A DNA stretch of 64,000 bases from contig NW_027362768.1 of the NCBI RefSeq assembly GCF_046119375.1, forward strand, positions 327,360,001 to 327,424,000, written 5' to 3'. Origin of the DNA: Phyllobates terribilis. Taxonomy: Eukaryota. Shown here in pieces: positions 21,829-34,085 of the stretch (position 1 is the first letter of the stretch; every line of letters starts with the position of its first letter). Made by a program: the position numbers and the translations under genes. The notes below the pieces were generated by a model. The model had not been told where the DNA came from. It saw nothing but the letters and a program-made list of their open reading frames with translations, and did not search any database.

Positions 21829-24800
21829 CAAGCAAAGCAGCAACGCACAATCACCGGTGTCTACATCAGATGGAGTCAACAGGACAACTCCACCTGCAGC
21901 AATGCCACCTGTGACCACGTCACGGACAACGCAGGAGGGTTCACCTGACACGTAGTAGGCACAGAGACGGGCGAAGGAGGACAGCAGTGCCTGCATCTAA
22001 CACCGTCCTTCACATTCCTAAAATACCAGCGATTACTGGTGCCAAACCAGTCCGCAGTATGGGGCACCGACCAGGCACTACTGCTTTGACACAATTTCCA
22101 AATTTGTTTTAATCTCCGGTTTACTACAATATGAAGATTATTGCTATAATAGGTCACCAGTCCATAATGGTGGGGGGCCATCAACAGGGACCCTGTCCGA
22201 TTCTGAGGATGAGGCGCTCATTTACTGATCTCTTCTGGTTCTCCCTGCATTGCTGCACTAAAGAAGATCCGTCAGCAAATGTCACAACACAAACTGCCTT
22301 CATTATGAAAAAGATCTTTTACACCTGATGATGCTGGTGTACTTATTGGGACGAAAAAAATGATCCATGTTAGAATGGCTGTAGACTCCTTTTTGGAAAC
22401 TTAAAACTCAATCTCAGCGTCACCTAGATTCCTCAGTGTCCCTCGTTCCTGATAAGATCTCACACTGCTCGGTACAAGCTGTCAGGCAGGGTAGGTGGAG
22501 ACTGAATACACTGATTAAATGAGCTTTCCCAGTCATTCAGATATGGATATTCTTAAGTACACCAGTCTCATCAGGTCTAAATTCCCCATACTTATTAAAC
22601 TAACGTAGGTCTAACCATTGCCCGATGCCTTCCCATATCATCGATCGGCGCTCCTCATCTGACATCCTCTGTGTCAGCGCTCCAGAGATAAGCATCGCCC
22701 AGACTGCTGCAGAGCCGCTCGTCTCCCCCGCCCCACAGACAACCAACATGCATATTCAGTAAAGACGGATTACACAACATCCCTGGCTATAAGCATTACT
22801 AATCTGCCATTGATCCACACCTGAGCTGATGGGATCAGCCATTAGCTGACGTCCGACAGCACAGAAAAGGAAACGATCTGATGGGATCTTCCCCAACATA
22901 AGAAAAGCGTCATCGTTCCTCATGACTCCGCGATAAACTACGGCCATGATTATTCAATAAAGAGGGAGGGGGGGGGGGAATAAAGATTGTGCATGCTGAA
23001 ATCAGACATGCTTGATCCCATAATTAAAAAATATATATATTAATATGCCCTAAATAAAAGATAATAAGTTTGATAAATTGAAGAATTTTTACGTTAACTG
23101 ATCTAGTCTTGGGGCTTGTTCTCAGTTAAAAAGCATTAGTTTGGGGAAAGAATGCTTTTACAGTAACAGCAAAATTAATGCACTTTCTAAAATCTCTTTC
23201 AAATCTTGTAAATCTTAAGAAAAAAAAACAACATGTCAATTCTTTCTTCATTTTTACTACTTTTTTCCCCCCTTATTGAGGCCGAGCGCCAAAAAAATAA
23301 TAAAGATGTTTTTTTTTGGCATTTGTCTTTTTCCAGCAAAGGAGAAAAAAACTGCTGCAAGTGAACAAAGTCTTAAAGGGTTCTCCCCCCGGCTTCTTAC
23401 TTCTGCATGGAGAGGCGAGATGACTGCATTGACAGCAGGACACAGGCACGACCGGCACGTATTGTGCACGTATCCCAATGTAATAAATAGGACCGGTACA
23501 TGATATCCGACAGCTTATAATGCAAATACAAGGAGGTATCGATAAATCATATGCCTTGAATATTTCTAGCAGACAAAAATAATCCCGTTGCTATGGAAAC
23601 ATTAACTTTTGACAAGTGCACAGTTTTGGCAGGAAAGGTTGTGTCATTTTGATTTACATTAACCCAGTCAGGTGCAGATGGAAACTTTAGTCAAAACTTT
23701 CCAAAGGCGTCTGCTTTTTGCAGGATAATGCACCTGCCGAAATATACGAAAAACGAGATGGTAAGTGATGCTACGGAGTCACGGTTTGCAGAACAAGATC
23801 TTCGCTCTTTCTTAAGGATTAGAATTAGCTTTTGATCGGTGCATTAAATGCATAAAGTTGTAAAATAAAAATACATTTTCTAGACTGGGTGAACTGTATC
23901 AATACCCCCTTGGCTTAAAAAAAAAAAAATCTGTAATATTAAAGAGGAGCTGGAATATATATTTGTGCCGCCTCTGCTTGCACCTTTCTAAATAAAATAT
24001 TAGGAGAGCTGTAAAGAGTCATCGCTATCCTCCATTACTGTACACTAAGTGTGTGGCAGCGGCCCGGCCTCCTTCCACATCACAAAGGATCCCGGAACAG
24101 GAAAAGAAGTTGCATAATGCTGAACGGAGGCGACAAGGAAACACCTCAGACCAGGGCTCAGTCACTCGCAGACCGCACGCCCGTGTCTGCTGGATCACAT
24201 TCCTGGATGACAAAGGAGGGGGGGTCAGACGGGAATCCGCAGCCTGGATTGGAAGTGATGTGGACCAGTCCGGGGTGGGAGATCCTATAGTGACACCTGG
24301 GATTAGAAGAGTCCGACCTCCGCTCTTCCTGAGCGTATCCTACCCGTGTCACCAAATCATCCTCTGCAGATGGCTACCAGGGGACATGCTGCAGCCACAG
24401 ACCCACGCCTCGCTAGTGCCACCTATTATGAATGCTAACCACTGAGCCCAGAGAAGATGTCCAGGACTTGGATCCCCAGGGCAAACACTTAGGATGGGTC
24501 ACCACTATCAGACACCAGGCACCCCTACAGATCAGCAGTCCCTGGAACACTAAAGCGCCGTGCAGTGTATAGTGGCTGTTTTAGGGTACTGCAGCTCAGC
24601 TGACATTGAAGTGAACGAGAGCAGAGCTGCACTACCCAAGAATGGCCACTACAGTGTGCGGAGCTGTGGTATCACTGTACTTCTGGTGGCCACCAGAGCC
24701 AGTAACTGCTGATCATCGAGGTGTCAGACTCACGCCGATCTGAAATCCCCTGGGTAGGTCATCAATATCCATGTCCTTCCCAACTCACAAAAAAATGCTG

Positions 24801-26549
24801 CCCAAAACAGTGAACCGACATCTTTGGTGCACTGGGTGTTTTTTCTATATTATAGGGTTGATTGTTTTTTTTCCTATAAGTCTCTCTAAAGAGTAAGAAA
24901 AGCACAAAACCACGCTTGTAAAAAGATGCAAGAATTTTTATTTTTTTTTACCAAAGCCAGAAAAACCATTGTATGAAGAAGGCCCTGATGCGCCAACGGG
25001 ACCACAGCACCTACACAAATGGCCGTGTCAGACATGTGACAATCTGAGCTGATTGGTGCCACAGGACCTCACTCACTAAGGAGCGGTGGAGCCGCCCATC
25101 AGGAGCAACGCTGCATTTAGTAATCTTACTGTGTATAGGTGCACCATCCAATGCTCTGCTGATGACCAGATGCGGAGATTTAGAGGGGGGACTGCTGAAG
25201 ATTTCACCCCTTTAAAATAAAAATGGTCTGGAGGCACGTTCTCTATTTCTTGTCAATCAGACCCGACTTGTTTATATATCTACTCTATCCGCATCGAGGA
25301 GCAACCTAAATATTAAAGGGGCTATGAAGAATTTGAGAAATGCAAACTACAGATGAAGCAGACTTTGTTTCCCCTACATTTCTTCTGCTTCCAATTTGTG
25401 GAGCTCCGATCTACAGCTCTCCTCCTCCCCCCAATGACGTGCATCTGCTCTCCATGGTGGTCTGGATTACGCACACACTCCGGACATGCAACGCTAGACT
25501 GGTCCACGTGTTATCACTGGTGATGAGGGGTGGTACCGCACCGTGACAGATCTGTTATATGTAAGGCATGCGAAGTGCAAAAGGGGCCCATAAAGACCAC
25601 AAGCGCTCAACGTAACTTTACGAGGCAGCATTAAAGCACACCTCCGGCAAAAAGCGCTACCACTTCCACTGGAGATACATTACATTGTGCTTTTACAGGG
25701 TTTGTTGGGGTTAAAAAAGAAGAGTTCCCCAGGAGGTTAGGGCTGTATAAGAGAACCTAGTGATAATCATGTGCCAGCACAGGCCGCTCCTTGACCTGCA
25801 ATGTCAATGTTCCACCACGAATCAGCAGGACCACTGCAGCCTGTGATTGCCTGCAGTGGTCAGGTGATCTGAGCAGCGGATGTTTTTCAAGATGCCACAC
25901 TGATCAAGTCACCTGCAGGCAATCATAGGCTGCAGCGGTCCTGCTGGTGGTGCGACAGTGACATCTCCTCCCGTGCGGCACTGATCACGAAGCTGCCTGC
26001 ACTGGATCCAGGTGTGTGCCAAAAGACAAGCTACACTTAGTTCAGCTTCAAACCCCTGGGGAACTTTTTATTTATTCTTGGAAAACCCCTTTAGTTTTCT
26101 TACAGATTTTTTTTTGGGGGGGGGGGGGGGGCAAAATCAGATCCTGGAAGATCTGACATCAGCGCTGTATACAGTAACAGACACTGGGAGAAGCAGTGGA
26201 TACTCAGCCTTGGACCTGGGGAGGGTGAGTAAAGAACAGTTTTGTGTCTTTTTTTAAAATTATAAAACCAGGAAGGAGGGGACCTGAAACCCCCTTTAAG
26301 TCCTGGACAACACCTTTAATAATGCAGGAATAAAGTGATTCACAAATAATCTAAAACAGCACAATTCTTTCCGACACAGACAGGACAAATGGAGTTAAAA
26401 CAAAACTTTAAAGCTTCCCCCCCCCCCCAAGGGTGTTGCCAAAAAATACTGCAGGTTAAGGAGGGGGGGAGTAAACAGAATTCCAATTCTTGTCTAAACC
26501 TCACAACAGTGACAGGACAGGATCATAGAAAGGGTTGGCGGCTGCTGGA

Positions 26550-27415
26550 GCCCCCCGGGATCAGATAGGACCAGTGCAGAAGCCACATATACGCCTGGCG
26601 TGGGCACCCTCCCCCCGGGATCAGCCACATATACGCCTGGCGTGGGCGCCCTCCCCCCAGGATCAGCCACATATACGCCTGGCGTGGGCGCCCTCCCCCC
26701 GGGATCAGCCACATATACGCCTGGCGTGGGCGCCCTCCCCCCGGGATCAGCCACATATACGCCTGGCGTGGGCGCCCTCCCCCCGGGATCAGCCACATAT
26801 ACGCCTGGCGTGGGCGCCCTCCCCCCGGGATCAGCCACATATACCCCAGGCGTGGGCACCCTCCCCCCGGGATCAGCCACATATACCCCTGGCGTGGGCA
26901 CCCTCCCCCCGGGATCAGCCACATATACCCCTGGCGTGGGCACCCTCCCCCCCGGGATCAGCCACATATACCCCTGGCGTGGGCACCCCCCCCCGGGATC
27001 AGCCACATATACCCCTGGCGTGGGCACCCCCCCCCGGGATCAGCCACATATACCCCTGGTGTGGGCACCCTCCCCCCCGGGATCAGCCACATATACCCCT
27101 GGCGTGGGCACCCTCCCCCCGGGATCAGCCACACATACGCCTGGTGTGGGCGCCCTCCCCCCGGGATCAGCCACACATACGCCTGGCGTGGGCGCCCTCC
27201 CCCCGGGATCAGCCACACATACGCCTGGCGTGGGCGCCCTCCCCCCGGGATCAGCCACACATACGCCTGGCGTGGGCGCCCTCCCCCCGGGATCAGCCAC
27301 ATATACCCCTGGCGTGGGCACCCTCCCCCCGGGATCAGCCACACATACGCCTGGCGTGGGCACCCTCCCCCCGGGATCAGCTAGATTCAGCACAGAAGCC
27401 ACATATACACCTGGC
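26550..27415. repeat. 42-bp GC-rich minisatellite, ~20 copies, in ARF4 intron 1
   Basis: (CCCCCCGGGATCAGCCACATATACGCCTGGCGTGGGCGCCCT)n with variants. Confidence 0.97.
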
Positions 27416-27611
27416 GGAGGCCCCCTGATGCTGGCGCTGTGCCCCCCATCTCTGTCAGGGCAGTCCCTCACTGCTGCCCATTGCGGCTGCTCTGCTGCCC
27501 CTATGCCCAGCTCTGAGCCAGGCGGGGTCACCCAGGAGCGCACAGGTGCCACAGGGGAGCCCGCTGCCCGCACCTGCCTCTCCGGCTGTCACAGGCCCGC
27601 CCCGCACTCAC

Positions 27612-27678
27612 CCATCAGGATTCGCATCTGCTTTTTGCCGAACAGCCGGGAGAAGAGCGAGGAGATGGTGAGGCCCAT
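27612..27678 (-). CDS. ARF4: ADP-ribosylation factor 4, coding exon 1 (MGLTISSLFSRLFGKKQMRILM)
   Basis: Kozak ACCATGG, 67 nt, GTGAGT donor. The N-terminus matches ARF4 rather than ARF5. The six exons sum to 543 nt = 180 aa plus stop. PDE12-ARF4-DENND6A synteny. Confidence 0.97.
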
Positions 27679-27699
27679 GGTCGGTGCTCGGCGGCCGCT

Positions 27700-28090
27700 G
27701 TACTGCTCTCTGCTCTGTTACCCGGCGGATACTCGTCTCTCTGCCACGTCACGCTCAGCCCCGGCAGCGCTTCCAACGCGGTCCAAATGACGTCACGAAC
27801 GCCACATCCCGAACTGCACCGGAAGTGGGGGAAGGGAGTAGGCGCGGCCTTGGCCACATGACCTTGGGGCGTGGTTTAGAGGGATGGGCGCGGTTACTAA
27901 GAGACGCGAGAGGGAACGCATGCAGGATATGAGGGGGCGGGGCTTATAGATGTTCCACCACGCCGCTTCCAACTATACAGGTTCCAGGCCGGCAGGTCCA
28001 CGGTGGCTGCTGCTCATGCGTCATTTGGGCACGTGCAACGATTTATGTTAACTGAGCATGCGCAAGGTGGCCAGCGTCACGTGACACTTT
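27700..28090 (-). promoter_or_regulatory. ARF4: ARF4 CpG-island promoter
   Basis: TGACGTGGC (27743-27751, - strand), CRE TGACGTCA (27788-27795), ETS CCGGAAGT (27819-27826), GC box (~27934), E-box CACGTG (28030-28035), NRF1-like TGAGCATGCGCA (28053-28064) and GTCACGTGAC (28076-28085). Confidence 0.8.
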
Positions 28091-28397
28091 AAGGAGAAAA
28101 GTATTGGGACCTAGTGATGGGTAAAATGCGATTTTTTGGTGAGCCGGCTCTTTTGGCTCCGAAAATGGCTCATTTCCTATTACCTTTGGCTTTAAATTTG
28201 AAGCCAAATTCTGGTATGTTTTAACCCATGATTGTATACCTTTTAGTAAAAATCTACACATGTGCCAATTTATGACATAAAACAGAATAGTTTCCAGAAT
28301 AACCAGATTTTATATTATTTGCTGTAAAAACTTTAACAAACACAAAATGAACATGCAAAATACCAACAAGATACTAATTATCAGTGCCACATTTTAA

Positions 28398-28756
28398 AGC
28401 TACCTTCACACTTGGCGAGTTCGCTGTGGGCTGTCTGCTGCAAACAGTCTGCAGAAAAACTGCAGTGTCAAATGTGGCATCTGCATCCAGGCGGATTTAG
28501 ATAAGGAATTTGCTGCGGAATTCACCCGTCCATTGACTGCAATGAATTTCGCATATCGGATATTCTGCACATATTCACATGCTGCTGCTGAAGCCAATTT
28601 CACACCTCATGTCAGATTCTGAATTTTTCCACGAAGTGAGAATGTGTTTTGGATAAAAACCATGGCCACTGTTGGCTTCTGTAAATGCCATGGAATTTCC
28701 ACGCTGATGATCTGCATGGAAACTCCGCTGCAAATCCACAAAGTGTGAAGGCAGCC
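28398..28756. mobile_element. Harbinger-type MITE nested in the hAT element
   Basis: TAA|AGCTACCTTCACACTT ... AAGTGTGAAGGCAGCC|TAA. Confidence 0.75.
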
Positions 28757-30411
28757 TAAAATTGTCTTTAGGGCCCATTGGATAGATAAACTAAGTGCCA
28801 TAGCTTGGATGGACTGATTCAGTTTATTTCTTCTGTTATTATCTGTTTTGGAAAAGACTGTTTTTTTGGTGTCCCATCAAGGACCAATGTCTTTTGCCAT
28901 CACTAATATAATGTCATTAACCCCTTAATAACATCTGACGTACTAATACGCGTCTGTGCCCTGGGACTTAAGAGCCAGACCCGTATTAGTACGTCATGGC
29001 GATCGCGCGCGCACACAGGCTGTGCGGGCGCGATCGCCGCCGGGTGTCAGCTGATTGTCACAGCTGACACCCGGTACTATGTGCAGGGAGCGGTCACGCA
29101 CCGCTCCCAGCACATTAACCCCCGCGATGCTGCGATCGAAGTCGATCGAAGTCGATCGCGGCATTGCGGGGGCAAGGGGAGGTGATCGCCGATACTCACC
29201 TCCTCTTCCGGCTTCCAGCGCAGTCTGCAAAGGCTTCCCGGGTGTTGCCATGACGACCCGATGTCGTCATGACAACATCCGGGTCACCAGAGAGCAGGAA
29301 GATTGCTTGGACATGCGCAGTGCATCTCCAAGCAATCTTCACACTGTGCACTTCTGACAGCCTTCATGGCATAGGGATGGTGCTCCATTCCTGTGCCATG
29401 CAGGCGATCAGAAAAAAAAAAGTGAAAGTCCCAGAGTGGGACAAAGTAATAAAGTGTATAAACTGTGTGAAAGTGGAAAAAAAAAAAAAAAAAAAATGTG
29501 CAAAAATATTATAAAAAAATAAAAAAAATAATACACCAAAAATAAAAATATAATGTACCCATCAATAAATATTATTATAAAAAAAATAAAAAAAAAACAA
29601 TAAAAGTACACATATTTGGTATCGCCGCGTCCGGAACAACCTGACCTATAAAACTGTCCCACTAGTTAACCCCTTCAGTGAACACGGTAAAAAAAAAAAA
29701 AAAAAAACCAAGCAAAAAACAATGCTTTATCACCATACCGCCAAACAAAAAGTGGAATAACACGCGATCAAAAAGACGCATATAAATAAAAATGATACCG
29801 CTGAAAACGTCATCTCGTCCCGCAAAAAACAAGCCGCCATATAGCTCAATCAGCCGAAAAATAAAAAAGTTATAGCTCTCAGAATAAAGCGATACTAAAA
29901 AATATTTTTTTCTATAAAATAGCTTTTATTGTGTATAAGCGCCAAAACATAGAAAAATTATACAAATGTGGTACCGCTGTAAACGTACTGACCCGAAGAG
30001 TAAAGCTGCCTCATCAATTTTACCACACGCGGAACAGAATAAAAAAAAAAAAAAAAAAACAATTCCTGAATTGTTGGTTTTTGTTTATTCTGCCTCCCAA
30101 AAATCGGAATAGAAAGCGATCAAAAAATGTCACGTGCCTGAAAATGGCACCAATAACAACGTCAAGTCATCCCGCAAAAAACGAGCCGTCACATGACTGT
30201 CTGCCAAAATTTGGAAAAATTATAGCTCTCAAAATATGGCGATGCAAAAACTAGATTTTACAAAAAATGCGTCTTTTAGTGTGTGACAGCTGTCAGTCAT
30301 AAAAACCCCATATGATTCTGGCATTGCTGTAATCACACCGACCCGAAGAATAAAGTCGTCTAATCACTTATACCGCACAAGGAACGGCGTCAAAAATAAA
30401 CTCTTGAGTTA

Positions 30412-30530
30412 GGATTGGGCTAGGGTTAGGGCTGGGTTTGGGGCTAGGGTTGTGCTGGGGCTAGGGTTGTGCTGGGGCTAGGGTTGTGCTGGGGCTAGGG
30501 TTGTGCTAGGGTTAGGGCTGGGGTTGGGAT
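30412..30530 (+). repeat. Degenerate telomere-like G-rich repeat (TTAGGG/CTAGGG/CTGGGG variants)
   Basis: TAGGGTTAGGGCTGGGTTTGGGGCTAGGGTTGTGCTGGGG..., with an 18-bp higher-order unit. Confidence 0.85.
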
Positions 30531-30570
30531 TTTTTTCAAAAGTAAGAAAAAAAGATGACGATATGGCGAC

Positions 30571-30865
30571 TAGTGTTGAGAGCAAGTGCTCGCTACTTGA
30601 GTTTGCATCGGGTGCTCTGGTATGCATTTAGTATCGTGGGTATTTGAGTGACATGCTCGAGTCTCTGCCCCATATGCTTCGCGGCCAAAAAACTTTACGG
30701 GGATTGCCTGCCATGCACGAGCGATCCCCGCATGTTTTTTTTTGGGTGTCTAATAACCGTGAAACATGCGGAGCAGGGACTCGAGCATGTCACTCGAGCA
30801 CACGCTGTACATGGTGCATACCTGAGTACCCGATGCAAACTCAAGTAGCGAGCACTTGCGCTCAA
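30571..30865. mobile_element. MITE (hAT-like TAGTG terminus) nested in the piggyBac-like element
   Basis: GCAAGTGCTCGCTACTTGAGTTTGCATCGGGT pairs exactly with ACCCGATGCAAACTCAAGTAGCGAGCACTTGC. The right terminus is truncated. Confidence 0.75.
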
Positions 30866-30899
30866 GAATAATGAAAACTTATTCAATATGATGACCTAA

Positions 30900-33800
30900 T
30901 GTAAACAAATAATGTGCCGTACCTCTGGGTTCAAAATGTTCACTATACACCTTAATAAAATCTTTGAGGGGTATAGTTTCCAAAATGGGGACACTTGTGG
31001 GGGAGCTCCACTGTTTAGGCACATCACGGGCTCTCCAAACGCGACATGGTGTCCGCTAACAAATTGAATGGAAAATCGGCTCAAATTGTTAGCGGACGCC
31101 ATGTTGCGTTTGGAGAGCCCCTGTGTGTCCAAACATTGGAGCTCCCCCACAAGTGACCCCATTTTGGAAACTAGACCCCCCAAGGCACCTATCTAGATGC
31201 ATAGTGAGCACTTAGAACCCCCAGGTGCTTCACAAATTGATTCGTAAAAATGAAAAAGTGAAAATAAAACACTTTTTCATTTTTATGAATCAATTTGTGA
31301 AGCACCTGGGGGTTCCAACTGCTCACTATGCATCTAGATAGGTGCCTTGGGGGGTCTAGTTTCCAAAATGGGGTCACTTGTGGGGGAGCTCCAATGTTTG
31401 GGCACACAGGGACTCTCTAAATGCAACATGGTATCCGCTAACAAATTGAATGGAAAATCGGCTCAAATTGTTAGCGGACACCACATTGCGTTTGGAGAGC
31501 CCCTCTGTGCCCAAACTTTGGAGCTCCCCCACAAGTGACCCCATTTTGGAAACTAGATCCCCCAAGGCACCTTTCTAGATGCATAGTGAGCACTTGGAAC
31601 CCCCAGGTGCTTCACAAATTGATTCGTAAAAATGAAAAAGTGAAAAAAAAAACACTTTTTCATTTTTATGAATCAATTTGTGAAGCACCTGGGGTTCCAA
31701 GTGCTCACTATGAATCTAGATAGGTGCCTTGGGGGGTCTAGTTTCCAAAATGGGGTCACTTGTGGGGGAGCTCCAATGTTTGAGCACACAGGGACTCTCC
31801 AAATGCAACATGATATCCGCTAACAAATTGTCGGCTCAAATTGTTAGCGGATATCATGTTGCATTTGGAGAGTCCCTGTGTGCCCAAACATTGGAGCTCC
31901 TCCACAAGTGACCCCATTTTGGAAACTAGACCCCCCAAGGCACCTATCTAGATGCATAGTGAGCACTTAGAACCCCCAGGTGCTTCACAAATTGATTCGT
32001 AAAAATGAAAAAGTGAAAATAAAACACTTTTTCATTTTTATGAATCAATTTGTGAAGCACCTGGGGGTTCCAACTGCTCACTATGCATCTAGATAGGTGC
32101 CTTGGGGGGTCTAGTTTCCAAAATGGGGTCACTTGTGGGGGAGCTCCAATGTTTGGGCACACAGGGACTCTCTAAATGCAACATGGTATCCGCTAACAAA
32201 TTGAATGGAAAATCGGCTCAAATTGTTAGCGGACACCACATTGCGTTTGGAGAGCCCCTCTGTGCCCAAACTTTGGAGCTCCCCCACAAGTGACCCCATT
32301 TTGGAAACTAGATCCCCCAAGGCACCTTTCTAGATGCATAGTGAGCACTTGGAACCCCCAGGTGCTTCACAAATTGATTCGTAAAAATGAAAAAGTGAAA
32401 AAAAAAACACTTTTTCATTTTTATGAATCAATTTGTGAAGCACCTGGGGTTCCAAGTGCTCACTATGAATCTAGATAGGTGCCTTGGGGGGTCTAGTTTC
32501 CAAAATGGGGTCACTTGTGGGGGAGCTCCAATGTTTGAGCACACAGGGACTCTCCAAATGCAACATGATATCCGCTAACAAATTGTCGGCTCAAATTGTT
32601 AGCGGATATCATGTTGCATTTGGAGAGTCCCTGTGTGCCCAAACATTGGAGCTCCTCCACAAGTGACCCCATTTTGGAAACTAGACCCCCCAAGGCACCT
32701 ATCTAGATGCATAGTGAGCACTTGGAACCCCTAGGTGCTTCACAAATTAATTCGTAAAAATGAAAAAGTGTTTTTTTTTTCACGTTTCATTATTACGAAT
32801 CAATTTGTGAAGCACCTGGGGGTTCCAAGTGCTCACTATGCATCTAGAAAGGTGCCTTGGGGGGTCTAGTTTCCAAAATGGGGTCACTTGTGGGGGAGCT
32901 CCAAAGTTTGGGCACAGAGGGGCTCTCCAAACGCAATGTGGCGTCCGCTAACAATTTGAGCCGATTTTCCATTCAATTTGTTAGCGGATACCATGTTGCA
33001 TTTAGAGAGTCCCTGTGTGCCCAAACATTGGAGCTCCCCCACAAGTGACCCCATTTTGGAAACTAGACCCCCCAAGGCACCTATCTAGATGCATAGTGAG
33101 CACTTGGAACCCCTAGGTGCTTCACAAATTGATTCGTAAAAATGAAAAAGTGTTTTTTTTTTCACTTTTTCATTGTTACGAATCAATTTGTGAAGCACCT
33201 GGGGGTTCCAAGTGCTCACTATGCATCTAGATAGGTGCCTTGGGGGGTCTAGTTTCCAAAATGGGGTCACTTGTGGGGGAGCTCCAAAGTTTGGGCACAC
33301 AGCAGCTCTCCAAACGCAACATGGTGTCGCTAACAATTTGAGCCAATTTTGCGTTAAATTTGTTAGCGGACACCATGTTGCATTTAGAGAGCCGCTGTGT
33401 GCCCAAATATTGGAGCTCCCCCACAAGTGACCCCATTTTGGAAACTAGACCACCCAAGGCACCTATCTAGATGCATAGTGAGCACTTGGAACCCTCAGGT
33501 GCTTCACAAATTGATTCATACAAATGAAAAAGTGTTTTTTTTTTCACTTTTTCATTGTTACGAATCAATTTGTGAAGCACCTGGGGGTTCCAAGTGCTCA
33601 CTATGCATCTAGATAGGTGCCTTGGGGGGTCTAGTTTCCAAAATGGGGTCACTTGTGGGGGAGCTCCAATGTTTGGGCACACAGGGACTCTCTAAATGCA
33701 ACATGGTGTCCTCTAACAAATTTAACGGAAAATCGGCTCAAATTGTTAGCGACACCATGTTGCGTTTGGAGAGCCGCTGTGTGCCCAAACATTGGAGCTC

Positions 33801-34085
33801 CCCCACAAGTGACCCCATTTTGGAAACTAGACCCCCCAAGGCACCTATCTAGATGCATTGTGAGCACTTGGAACACTCAGGTGCTTCACAAATTGATTCA
33901 TAAAAATGAAAAAGTGTTTTTTTTTTTCACTTTTTCATTGTTACGAATCAATTTGTGAAGCACCTGGGGGTTCCAAGTGCTCACTATGCATCTAGAAAGG
34001 TGCCTTGGGGGGTCTAGTTTCCAAAATGGGGTCACTTGTGGGGGAGCTCCAAAGTTTGGGCACACATGGGCTCTCCAAACACAAC
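30900..34085. repeat. Array of ~17 alternately inverted ~190-bp units with a 755-bp higher-order duplication
   Basis: TAGTTTCCAAAATGGGGTCACTTGTGGGGGAGCTCC alternates with its reverse complement. Identical ORF pairs lie 755 bp apart (31347/32102, 31535/32290, 31729/32484). Confidence 0.95.

Noticed and set aside
24052-24398. Possible solo LTR (TGTGGC…GCCACA ends)
   Set aside because: No target-site duplication, and 6-bp terminal matches can arise by chance.
26494-27790. Long ORFs (396, 297 and 177 aa) with PGSATYTPGVGALP-type repeats
   Set aside because: They are translations of a 42-bp (multiple of 3) GC-rich minisatellite in ARF4 intron 1, open in several frames on both strands. No coding evidence.
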